From: Vitrella brassicaformis CCMP3155
Taxonomy: Eukaryota > Protista > Chromerida
NCBI GenBank assembly: GCA_001179505.1
Contig: CDMY01000243.1
Span: forward strand, 62,001-126,000
Reading direction: 5' to 3'
Length of the DNA stretch: 64,000 nt
Positions 30,761 through 42,164 of this stretch are shown one piece after another. The position numbers were made by a program, and so were the translations under genes. Every line of letters begins with the position of its first letter. The first letter of the stretch is position 1. The notes under the pieces are model-generated. The model did no database searches and had not been told where the DNA came from. It saw only the letters and a program-made list of their open reading frames with translations.

Positions 30761-31329
30761 CTTGGGCTACGTAGCTGGCGCTTCTAGCAACAGGCTCGGC
30801 AACAGAAAGGCTCCTTCAAGCTGGAAGGCCCTCGCACCACAACAGAGGAGAGCGGAGTGCTGTTTCTGTCTCGCACTCTCCGACGGCTACCCAAGCGTCG
30901 AACGCTGTACTAATCTCAGCGCCCTCAGGCCCTGATGCGATGTCCAGAGCCTAGAAACGCCGGTTGTTAGGATTTCCGTGAAACGGTTTGTGGTGGGGGC
31001 TTTGAGACGTCAAGACGCAACCACACGCCAAGCATGACGCGGACACGCCGCAGTGTATACCATCGAACAAATGGACATTGGAAGGAGTTCAGCAATTGAT
31101 TGGGTTGACGTCCATTGGTTGACGTTCGACTGATGTCCGGCGATTCGGTCCTTTCAAGGCCATCAAACGCGGCCAACACGCACGAAGGCAGCATTTGAGC
31201 ACAGCGAAGGCCGCCTGTGTGATCTCCTTGCTGCGCTACCGCTCCGTGTGCCCCACCGTGACCCTGCTGACCTCCCCCCTGTACTCAGCTTTCCTGCCAG
31301 ATCAGCTGATCAAGATCCGAGAAATCGTT

Positions 31330-34300
31330 ATGAAGAGGCTTGCTGAGGCGCTGCTTCTGCTCTGGGTGTGCCTGCTGCACTGCCGGCCAGCTTGCGGCCA
31401 ATCGCCGACTTACATCTTTCGACGGCGGAGGGATCCCTCCAACCTCCCCGCCGCCTTGTCGTTCAGGCAAGCTTCATCCCCCCCTCTCCAGGCCGCCAAC
31501 AACGTGACAGTGGGCATTCTGATCAACCTCAGCGGCAACCAGGACAAGTGCGGCCTGCAGCGGTTTCTCGCCGTCCTCGCGGCCATCCTGCACGGCCACC
31601 ACCGCCACGCCACCTACTGCCCGTCCATCAAGCAGCTGTCTTCTTCAGCCTCTCTGGTGCCCCACGTCAATTGGGAGGCGAGGGACACAGAGGGCCGCCC
31701 ATCTGTGTCTGGGATAGAGTCGTACAGGTGGATGGAGGACCGCAGCAAGTGGCAGGGGAGGCTCGTGGGAGTGCTGGGGCCCACCACCAGCGGGTCTAGC
31801 CGGGTGGTGGGGCAGGTGCTGGAGATTGAGGGGATACCGCACCTGCCCTGGGTGGCATCCGACACCGATGTCGCTGACAAGAAAATATACCCGTTCACAT
31901 TCCGAACGGTCAGCTTGCAGCCACAGCCACACACAGAAACACACAATCATCCATTGCTCATATTCTTGTGTGTATGGCACGTCAGGTAGCGTCGAATGCC
32001 CTGATCGCCCAGGCCGCTGCATCTTTGATCGGCTCCTTTGGCTGGTCTGAGTTCATTGCTGTGAGCACACCGGCCGACTCGACGTCCCAGGACATCTTCA
32101 GCGACCTTAACTTCCAAGTGACTGGTGTGGTCGGGCCAAGCCTGCCATCGGGCGACGACGGCAGCAAAGTGAAGGTGCGACACATCGAGCTAGAGCTTGA
32201 GGGACAGATTGCGCCTGGGGGGGAGAACAATGACGCAGCAACGCTTTCCGCCATCCGGAGGACCGTGGGGAAGATTCGTGCTTCCCCTGAGCGAGTCGTC
32301 GTCCTGTGTGTGATGTCATCGATCGCCATCAAGGTCAGCGACGCAGCGAAGGGCGTGTGTGTTGCCCCATACCCATGTTTGCATGTGTTGCCTTCTGTGC
32401 CTGTGGCAGATTATCCGTGAGGCGGATGAGCAGGGCATCGGCGGCCAGGGGTGGGTGTGGATCGTCACAGACGACATCACTGTGCCGACCAACAAAACAG
32501 CCAATGCCACCATCACCTCCCCTCCACCCACCACCAGCCCCCCGCCCCTCATGCACCTCTCTTCTACCGCCGCTCCACAGCCCAAGATCGACGCCTCAGA
32601 GACCACCCAGCTGCTCGAAGGTATCTTCGCTGTTCGAGCCTACAAGGGAGGGGAGGAGTATCGTTACTTTGTCGACAAGTGGCCCTTCATCGTCCGCGAC
32701 GTGGTGGCCCAGTTCTTCCCCAACTTGTCTCTTCCGCTCCCCGGCCCGACGCCCGCCCCTGTGTTGGACCTCACTGTCGATGTGGCTGACGTGGTTGCCG
32801 AGGTGGAGTCTCTGGTGGCCGACGCCCTCAAGAACTCCCCAGACCGGCTCCTTCAGGCGGATCAGTGTGCCACAATCAGCGCCTCCTACGACGCCGTGAT
32901 CACCTTTCTGTTGGCGATGGAGAAGGCCTTGGCCAACGGCGGAGATTCGCAAGACCTGACGGGCCCCCTCATCGCCACTCAGCTGCGCAGACTCGCTCCA
33001 TTCCCCTGTCTGTCGGGCACAGTGGCCTTCGACGAGAGCCAAGACCGCCAGGCCATGATCGAGATCGTCAACTTCGATGGCAAGGATGCCGTGGGCCACC
33101 CTGTGGCCGTATGGGAGCAGCAAACCGGCCTCGAGTGGCGCGATCGAGACGCCGACTCGGCCTCCAGTGCATCTGTCCCGAGCGTGGTCTGGCGCGGGGG
33201 CATCGTAGGCCGCAATCACGCCCACAGGCCGCTTGGATACCCCCTGTGCCGGCTCGGCGAGAGCTTCAACCTTCCATCGCTGGAGTGCGTCAAGTGTCCA
33301 GTGGGGCGGTATGCGCCGAAGCTGGAGGGCGGGAAGGTGGTGGATGAGGACGGGACTGAATGGGTGCGGGCGCCTCTGAAATGCGAGCTCTGTGACGATG
33401 GGCTGTATTCGGACCAGGAGGGGACGGCACAGTGCACATCGTGCGCCACAGGACACTTCAGAAACAAGTCAGCGGATACGTGTACGGCGGCACAGCGGAC
33501 GAGTGCACCATGTGTGTGGTTGTCTTTGTCGCAGTTCCTACGAGGAGGCGGAGGGGATTCCAGAGGAGGAGTGGGGTGTACGGTGCCATCCCTGTCAGAA
33601 GGGCACGATGGCAAGGAACCAAGGCACCGCAGCATGTGAAAAGTGCCGGTACGTACGCCACGAGACTGCACGGAATTACTGTCGATTATGCACCTTGCTC
33701 ACTGCCTGTCCTGTTCTCGTTCCCTCTTCTCAGCGCCGACACGTACCAGGATTTGCGGGGCGCGGCAAGATGCAAGAGATGCCCAGAGTTCTCATCCACA
33801 CGCACCATCGAGGGTCAGCTTGCAATCCCCTTACTCAGTTTTCCTGCATGCGTGTCTGCGTGTGAATCTGCCACGAACAGGTGTGACAAACATCACAGAG
33901 TGTGGCTGCCACCGCGAGTACTACTTTCACCCCGAGCAGACGCCCGAGACCAGCATGTGTGCCGACTGCCCAGTGGGCGGCGTGTGCATAGGGGACTTCA
34001 ACAACACGAGCGACGAGGGTCTGGCGGTGCCGCTCGGCACACACAACATGCCGTTCGCTCACAAGGGGTAAGCAAGTGCACTCGAGGCTTTGTGGGTGGG
34101 TGGGTTGATCTGCATCCATGCAAGCTTGCTTGGTCGGGTGGGTGCTGTGTGTATGTATGCAGGCACTATTTGGTCAAGGAACCTGGCGAGAAAGTCGGTG
34201 AGATCATTCCCTGCTTCTCGCCCTTCTTCTGCCTGCAGAACAACACATGCCTCAGAGGGTGGGCGCGTGGGTGCCACACCACAGAACTCACACACACGAC

Positions 34301-37300
34301 GGAGGCTTGTTCTCACAGAGCCTGTCTGTCTGTGCTGCTCTTGTCTCTGCAGCCATGAAGGGCTTCTGTGTGATCTGTGCAAACAGGGCTGGACCGCGGG
34401 CGATTACGAGTCGTTGCGTCAGTGCCGCAGGTGCGCCGGCCCGGCCCAGAATGTCCTTGGGCTGTTCTTCATTGCCGTCATCTTCTTGGTGTTCGGATTC
34501 TTCCTCGCGACGCTGTCGCTTGAGTCTGGCGTCAGACCCAAGTGAGACACACATACACACATACACACACACATATGTATGCACAGACACATGAACACGA
34601 ATGGCTTTTCTCTGCATCTCGATTTGCCAGGGCGATGCATTCAGTAATGCTGCGTATCTTCCTGAACTACCTGAGCTGTATCTCGGTGCTGTCCCGCTTC
34701 CGCATGGTCATCAAAAACAACCTGGCCTTCCCCTCTGTGGAGGAGGAGAAGGCATTCGAGGCCCCAAGGGACCAAGGCGGCTTTCGCATAGACCGAGGCA
34801 TCAACTGGCTGGGCGACCTCTTCGAGATGTTCTCGTGGTCAGGTGGCATTCCGACGCAATCGTTCTCGATCGAGTGCTTGTTGCGGGGATGGGTGGAGGG
34901 AGAGCCACACTCGATGAGCATGACACACCCTCAGGTACAAAGACAGAGAGAGGGCAGAGTGTTGTGTGAGTGCATGGTCTGTATCTTGTGTGTCTTGTGT
35001 TTCAGACTGTGATATTCAACTTTCTGGTGTGGTTTGCGATGCCCGTGTTGCTGCCGCTGACCATGACAATGGTGGGCGGGCTGGTGCTGTGGAGGTGGGA
35101 GAGGCGCAATCAGGCATTCATCGAGGAGTACTCGTCCTGGCTCATACAGACAGTACGCCTCACACATCAACGGAAACAATGCAATACATGTATGTATGTG
35201 TTGCTGATATGATGTCTATGCTTCCATGTCAGGACCGCTACGAGCCCGTGCACTTTTACCGTTTCGGCGGCATCTGGCGGACGCCCGGTCCCCAATACGA
35301 GATGATGATGGGCATCAAGCTAACCAGGTGGCGCCGCTTCCGCATGTTCCTGCAGGACTGCATCCCTCTGTGCATCATCGCGGGCTTCCTCATCCACCCC
35401 GACGTGTCCAAAAACCTCCTGCAGCTTCTCCAGTGCCGCAAGATACACGAGACCTACAGGTCAGAGACGAGGCAGGCGGATGAAGGGGTGGGTGGACACA
35501 TGTGCGATTCTTGCTTTGCTCGTCAGGCTGTTCGCCTCTCTCGAAATGGTGTGCTTGGAGGGCTGGCACAGGGGATGGGCCATCATGGCAGCACTCGGCA
35601 TATGCATCTGGGGTATACACACACACACACACACACTTGACGACAGGCACACACAAATGTATGTCACTCTCTTGTCTTGTCGTGCCGTGCGTGCAGGTCT
35701 TGGTATTCCCATTTTTGCGTTGGTGTTGCTGTGGCGCAACAAGAAGAACCTGCAGGACAGCAAAGTGAAGCAGAAGTACGGCTTCCTGTACAATGGGTAC
35801 GAGCCGCAGTTCTACTTCTGGGAGGCAGTCATCCTCGTCCGCAAGCTGGGGGTGCAGCTGGTCATGTTCCTCTCGCTCGGCAACCCGCAGCTGGAGCTCA
35901 CCGGCTACATCTGCATCGCCGCTCTCGCAATCATCGCACACATCTCATGCAAACCTTTCGGTCAGTCAGTCAATCAATCATTTACTCACTCACAAAACAC
36001 ACAGACATTCACAGAGTGAGAGAGAGAGAGAGAGAGAGAGACAAGCAAGACACTAGCAAGCGTGTTGTCCGTTCGTGTGTGTTGTGTGTGTTGATCAATC
36101 AGACAACCGCGACAGGGAGGTGCTTGATCGGATGGAGATGGAGGGCTTGGGTGTGTGGATGTTCAGCCTGATCGCCATGCGGCTCATCATCGACAACGTC
36201 ATCATGTGGTTCACCGTCTCGCTCATCCTGCTCATTTGCCTCCTCAACGCCATATTTGTGGTGCGCACCGCACGCAGAGTCTTCAGGCAGATCAGGCGAT
36301 CCGTTGTCGAGCAGTCATACGTCCACGAGGTGGGGAAGCGAACAGGACCGAACTCCTATACACAAATAGACACGAGACCGTTGCCCGTGTTTATTCGCGT
36401 GTGTGTGCTTCTTCATTCAGGAGGAGCGTCGTTTGCTGGGTCTCACCCAGAACATCGGGTGTTGCGGCCGCTTCATCCAGGCCATCGTCACCAGCATGCG
36501 CGAGGCAGACAAGCGATGGCGCGACAGACAAGCCACGCTCATCTACGACCCGAAGGGCAACGCACTCGTCCTCACTAAGCCCACCGACCTCTCTCTCTCC
36601 ACAGGCAGCAGCCCCAGGAAGCGCAGGCGAAGCAACAAACACAAGGCCTCTGCCTCGCAGCCGCCCACTCCGCGAGAGGCTTTAAAGCGGCTCTCGACGA
36701 CCGACAGGCTGGCTGGGGCGACTGATGGCCAAGACGTGGCGAGGGCGCAAGGGCGCAAGTTGGCTGTGATGAGTGAGCCGACCACCCCGATGAGGTCCAC
36801 GGGGGATGAGTGGGGCTCGCCGAGGAACAACCACATCGATGAGATTGGGTTCGCGTCGGACACCTCCCCGACGGGTGCCGCTCGCAAGTGGGGCGGCAAG
36901 AGCCGGAGGAGCTTGCGGCGAGGAAGCACGCTCAGACAGAGAGACCGACAGTGAGCGGGCGGGTGGATGAAGCAACGAATCGAGGGATCTGCAAATTTCT
37001 CCTTATGTGGGACGCGTGGTGCAGGTATCTGGTGCAAACGCTTTCTGAGGCGCTGAGCTATCCGTTGGTCAGCCTAAAAGTCGACCGTCTGCCACTGGAG
37101 TGGATGGAATTCTGCATACGACAGGTGGGCATGCATCCATTCATTCATTCATTCATCGACACCCGAGTCTCTCGACTTGTGATGGCATCCCTCTGCAGGC
37201 GATTCACGACGTCAACTCTCAGAAGCTCCTCCGCGAGAAGATCAAGCGTCGCGAAGTGGGCCGCAACATCTCTCGCAGACCCGGTGACAGCACCCTTTTG

Positions 37301-39798
37301 GCGGCCACGCGAGCATACGACCCCTCACACCCGGGCCTCTCTGCCCCCGATGCCCCCCTGCCACCCGCTCCGCCCCGCTCGGACCTGGTCACCAAGCAGG
37401 TCCTGGACCGGTTCTTCGGGGGGGCACACGAGAGGCAAGGAGTCGACGGAATGGGCGGGCAGTTGTCGCGGGGCTGCCCGATCACACACAGTGACTCGGA
37501 CCTGTCCAAGAGCCACGAGTCGTCTGGGTCGCCGCTGCTCAACGTGCCGATGTGGCGTGCCAGGCAGACCTCTGAGGTGAGTGAGATGTACAAGACTGCA
37601 TGAAACACACACATATCCATGGTGTATGTGTGTGTCTCAGCCTCCCGCCCCTTCGATGAGCGGCGCCAACGAGTCCAACGAGTCTGACCGGGAGGAGAGG
37701 CCGCCCCGATCGGCCCGCCAATTTCAGTATACGCCCGACCACCACGCCGCCCCCCCATCACTGACCACCCCCACACACTCAGAGCGCGGCGCACCCACCG
37801 ACCCATACGCAGGGGTGACGCCCGCCACCGCCGAGCTCCTCGGGCTACGGCAAGCGGATGGGTCGGGCGTACCCGAGGGCAGACAGGAGGAGTCGGGGAT
37901 GCTGGTCGTGTCTGGGGGGCCGCCGCTGCTCGACATACGGCGGGAGTCTTCGGCGACGCCGTCGGTCAGCATACGGGGGAACGGCCGGTGGGTGAGGAAG
38001 CGGTCCTCGTCGTTTTGCGCCGAAGAGCTGTTCAATGCGTCATTCTTTTCGTAAGCATGTACGGGGGGCTAACCAGCCGCCGGCCATCGATGCAGAGTGT
38101 GTGTGTGTGTGTGTGTGGGTTGCAGGAAGGGTGTGTTGATGACTGACCTGCAGGCGAATATGATGACACTGCAGTCTTTGAGCAAGGTGGACATGAGGGA
38201 CCGCATGACGGCTTTCTTGGTGGCCAAGAAGCAAGAGGAAGTCAATCGCAATCGGGTCAGTGTGGACCGGTCAGCAACCGCTTTGGTGCATCCATGCTTC
38301 TAGTTCTTGTGTGTCCTCTGCCTCTCCTCCACGCATGCAGGAACGCGTCTTAAACAATTTGGAAGACTTCATTGCAGCACAGGGCCTCCAGCCGTCCGCC
38401 TTACAAGTAAGTTGCGCCGCGAGCCAGGCATGCTCATGCCTCTAATGTGCCTCCCTGTCTTCCGCAGGTGTTCGTGCAGGCGCTTGACCTCTACCGCCAT
38501 GCCTTCCGGCTTACGGCCGGCCGCCGCGTTCTCAACGCGAGCGGCTCGACGCTCTCCCACCTGTCCAGCCCGTCCATCGCCTCGCCCCCGCCGCCCATTC
38601 CCGTGCCCATCCCAGTCACCGACCACCACGCCACGGCCCCCTCACACGTCCCCGGCGACCGCAGCTTCATGTCGCTGCAGTCCGCCGACGACGTGGCTGC
38701 TGCCACCCTGGGCATGATGCCCAGCGGGGGCCTTCGGGAGAGTGCCGGCCAGAGCGGCTCCCTGAACCTCACTGAGGCTGCTGAGCCGTGTCAGGAGGAC
38801 AAGCACGAAGAGTCCACCCAGCACAGAGAGGTGGCGACGGACAGGGATGGTGGTGGTGGTGCTGGTGGTGAGGATGGGGGTGGTTCTGGGTCCCTGCTGC
38901 TTGTGCAGCAACAAAAGACGGCATTCTTCGGCCGTCGGCCGTCGTATCTGGCCATCCCGTCGCGTCAGGGGACGGTGGAGGACACAGACAAGGTCAAGGA
39001 GCCCACACCGCAGCCCAGGCCGCCGCGGATGAAATCCATGACGACCTTCGCTGCCGAGGCGCACGACGACTCGGCGGCCCCCTGCAGTCCTAAGAGTGTC
39101 AACGGCGGGTCGGCCACCTCCCCGCCGCTCTCTGACCCCCTCTGCCCCTCCCCAACCCAGAACAAGGACGGTAGCAAGCCCCAACAAGAGCACACTAGCG
39201 ACAAGGGAGATGGCAAGACGGAGGAAGAAGAGGCAGAGGCCGACGAGGCTCCCAAGGCAGCACAGCAACAGCAGGCGGCAGCGACACTGCCGGTCTCACT
39301 CTCGCCCGAGCAACAGCCTTCGGCCGATGACGCAGCCACGACTGGCCTGCCGCCGTCCCCCCTGCCCCCTCCCCGCCTCATGTCGCCCCTCACTGACACG
39401 GAGAGGCCACCGACGTTCGCCCCTGGTGCAGGCATGATTGACCTGAAGGAGCTTTTGCGGAGCAGACAGGCTGCGAGTGGAGGGAGGCAACAACACGCAC
39501 CCCAGCAGCAGAGTTCCCTCCTGGCTGGTTCGCTGACTGCCAAAGGGCAGTCGGCGAGGCTGCGCGGCCGAAGCCTTGAGCGGCGCACTGCGGACAGGCG
39601 CAAGATGGGCAGCCTCGTGAGGGTAAGTAAGCGCACATCAAGACGGCGATCCTATGCAGTCATGGATGCCTCTACGTGTCTCAAATATTTGTGTGGCTGC
39701 CTGCCTGCCTGGCTGTCCTGTGTCATGCATGTCTTCAGGCGTCGGTGAGTCCCGTGGGGGCCAGGGATAGCCAGGGCATCATGTCAGGAGTGCTGTGA
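31330..39798 (+). CDS. Large receptor-like membrane protein: signal peptide, Venus-flytrap (ANF_receptor/PBP type 1) domain, GCC2/GCC3-type Cys-rich repeats, about 9 TM (CRMP-type), long cytoplasmic tail; about 22 exons, about 2,200 aa
   Basis: Leader MKRLAEALLLLWVCLLHCRPACG. VFT: VGVLGPTTSGSS, IPHL..VASDTDVADKKIYPFTFRTV, FGWSEF, GWVWIVTD, ASYDAV, LSGTVAFDESQDR. Cys repeats: CVKCPVGRY, CTSCATG, CKRCPEFSST, CADCPVGGVC, HEGLLCDLCKQG. TM: KYGFLYNGYEPQFYFWEAVILVRKL, HISCKPF. Confidence 0.85.
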
Positions 39799-40139
39799 GT
39801 ATAGTGAGTGCATGGGAGGGTATGTACATATGACTGACTGATGTTGGCCATGGCCCACTGCCTGCGTGCCGGCCGTGCCGGCCGGCCGGCCGCAGGCTGA
39901 CCAGAACAGATGTAGAATTGTACACGGAAATGGCAGTTTTGTAGTGCACAGATGCGTGGATATGCTTGTTGGTCTGGTGAGCTTCGTCACCATTCATTCT
40001 GCTAAATTAAGGACCGTGGTTCTCGCTTCTTAAGCGCGTTTCACTCGACCGTTGTTTCTCTATCGGACCGTTGTTCAAGCACATGGGGATGAAAGAGGAT
40101 GCGACAATGCAATCCCCCCGACGAGCGGGCAAAATGGAA

Positions 40140-40181
40140 AGGCCAAACAAATGAACAGACAGGCCAAACAAATGAACAGAC
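40140..40181. repeat. Perfect 21-bp tandem duplication (aggccaaacaaatgaacagac x2), intergenic
   Basis: Two adjacent identical copies at 40140-40160 and 40161-40181. Confidence 0.9.
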
Positions 40182-40809
40182 ACGTCAAACAAGTGCAGGC
40201 AAAGAAATGTAGATTGTACTGTTTAGCTAGACAGAAAAAAAAAATACAATACAACAATGTACAAGCATGCGCATGGCTCCACTTGTCAATCATGCACGTA
40301 AAGGCGGTCGTGCAAACACTTCTTTCCTGCGTCCACCCACATGCATATAGCTACATAAGCTCACCGGTCGTCCCAATTGGGTCCTTCCTGTCAAATAATC
40401 GCGTGCTCTCTCTATCCGTCGGCACTCGGTCAGCCGTGCCTGCCAAGAGCAGCCAAAAGCAGTATCCATATAGCGGTGACCCTACATTCTAAGAGGCTCC
40501 TAAACGCGCTGAGGGCCCTCACGACATCCAATATAGCACAGCACAATACTGCGTGCATACGGACATACAGTACTGTACTCAGTGGGTGCTCTGCTCCTGC
40601 TTCTGCAGGACGAAAAATACGAAAAATAAGAACAGCAAGCACTCACTCATTCATTCACTCACTCGCTCACTCCCATCTATATCGTCTAGCACGCGGCATG
40701 TATGCCCTCTGTTATATTGTTGTCCCTTTGGACGAACAATCCAACAGACATACACACACAGAGACAGAGACAGAGATAGATAGAGAGAACCAAAAACCCC
40801 GCGACGACT

Positions 40810-41895
40810 TCAAGGCAAGCAGTCGATCCAGAGGAAGCAGTCGCAGCCGCGGATGAGAAAGCCAAAGAAAGGGTCCCTTATCGCGGTGCAGATAGAATTG
40901 TCGATGACGCGGATTGTTAGCAGACAGTCGTCCATCGTTTGGCCATAGTCGACAGCGACTGTTCCGACACAATTGACCGCGGCGCCGGTTGCGTCGGTGC
41001 AGGCACCGGCGCCTGCCAGATTCTCACAGAAGAACTGTCAAGGACGCAAAAAGTGGATGATGGTCACATGAGTGACGGTTCGCTTTCTCACGTTCGCAGC
41101 TTCGAAACCGCAATCGTATCCGACTCCTAAAAGCGCCTGGCCGCACCAATACATTCATTCAAAGCATTCAGAGGGACATACAGCAAGTGTGTCTGTGAAT
41201 GCTCGACCCTGGCCACACTTGTCCACAGAAATCGCAGGGACTCCGGCTGTTGGGTTGTTAATCCGCGTTTCTGCACATGCATCCAACCGCTTTGGGTGAT
41301 CAATGAGCGCAACGAATGGCCACACAATCAGAGTCCCACTTACGCTCGGCCGCCGCGAGGCACTCCGCGTCTTCGTCGTCGCAGCCAAAAACCACTCGCT
41401 CAGCGCTTGCAACTGCGGTGCATACACAGGCCAGAGAATGACGTCACCGCGTCCACCTCCCCAGCTTACTGTATTTGGTGCCGTTCGTTTCGTTCGTCTG
41501 CACCAGCACAGGAGAGATAAAACGGACGGCTGCATACAATACATGCACAGAAAGAAGGGAGGGTAGGGAGAGGGAGGTCGTGGATTGCCGCCATTGAGCC
41601 TACTACTGTGCTCACTCACCTCCTCGCGCCAGCGGCTGGCAATACGGGTCCGTCTCGGCACATGACTCATCTTATTTATCCACTGCATCGATTGGCATGG
41701 CCATGGCAGCGCAGACACACACATGGTGCTTGTACGCTTACGGTCTGGCACTATTGCGTCCACGACATCATCGAGGAACTTCAAGTCCGCAGCATCACGG
41801 TCGAACTGCTCGTCAGCGGGTTTATCGGGTGAAACGTCTGCCGCGGCACTGATCAGCAGCGAAGCGCACAACAAGGCGACCTTGGGGAATGCCAT
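40810..41895 (-). CDS. Small secreted cysteine-rich protein, about 7 short exons; middle exons uncertain
   Basis: Signal peptide MAFPKVALLCASLLISAAA; repeated GT(A/G)AG donors and YAG acceptors; the last two exons read ALLGVGYDCGFEAAN|FFCENL..GCDCFLWIDCLP*. Confidence 0.55.
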
Positions 41896-42164
41896 CTCGA
41901 AGAATTGAAGGGAAGTTCGTACAGGGGCTCGAAGAATTGAGGGAAGTCAGGACAGATTGGGACTAACGACGCATGCATGCGGCCGTTGGCATACCCGACC
42001 GCACAGCTGATCGGCTGAGGCTGGAAGGCGCTGCCCTCTACCTTCCCTTCGCACGGCCTTCCACACTTGTCACTCTTCTCACCTAGAAGGCACGATACGA
42101 ACCTGATGGGCATTGCAGTCACTGGGCAATTGCATCCACTCCCGGACTCCGATCGAATGAGTGG

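Noticed and set aside
40052-40492. 146-aa plus-strand ORF containing the 21-bp repeat
   Set aside because: It lies in an AT-richer convergent intergenic/UTR region, has non-coding-like composition and no recognisable motif.
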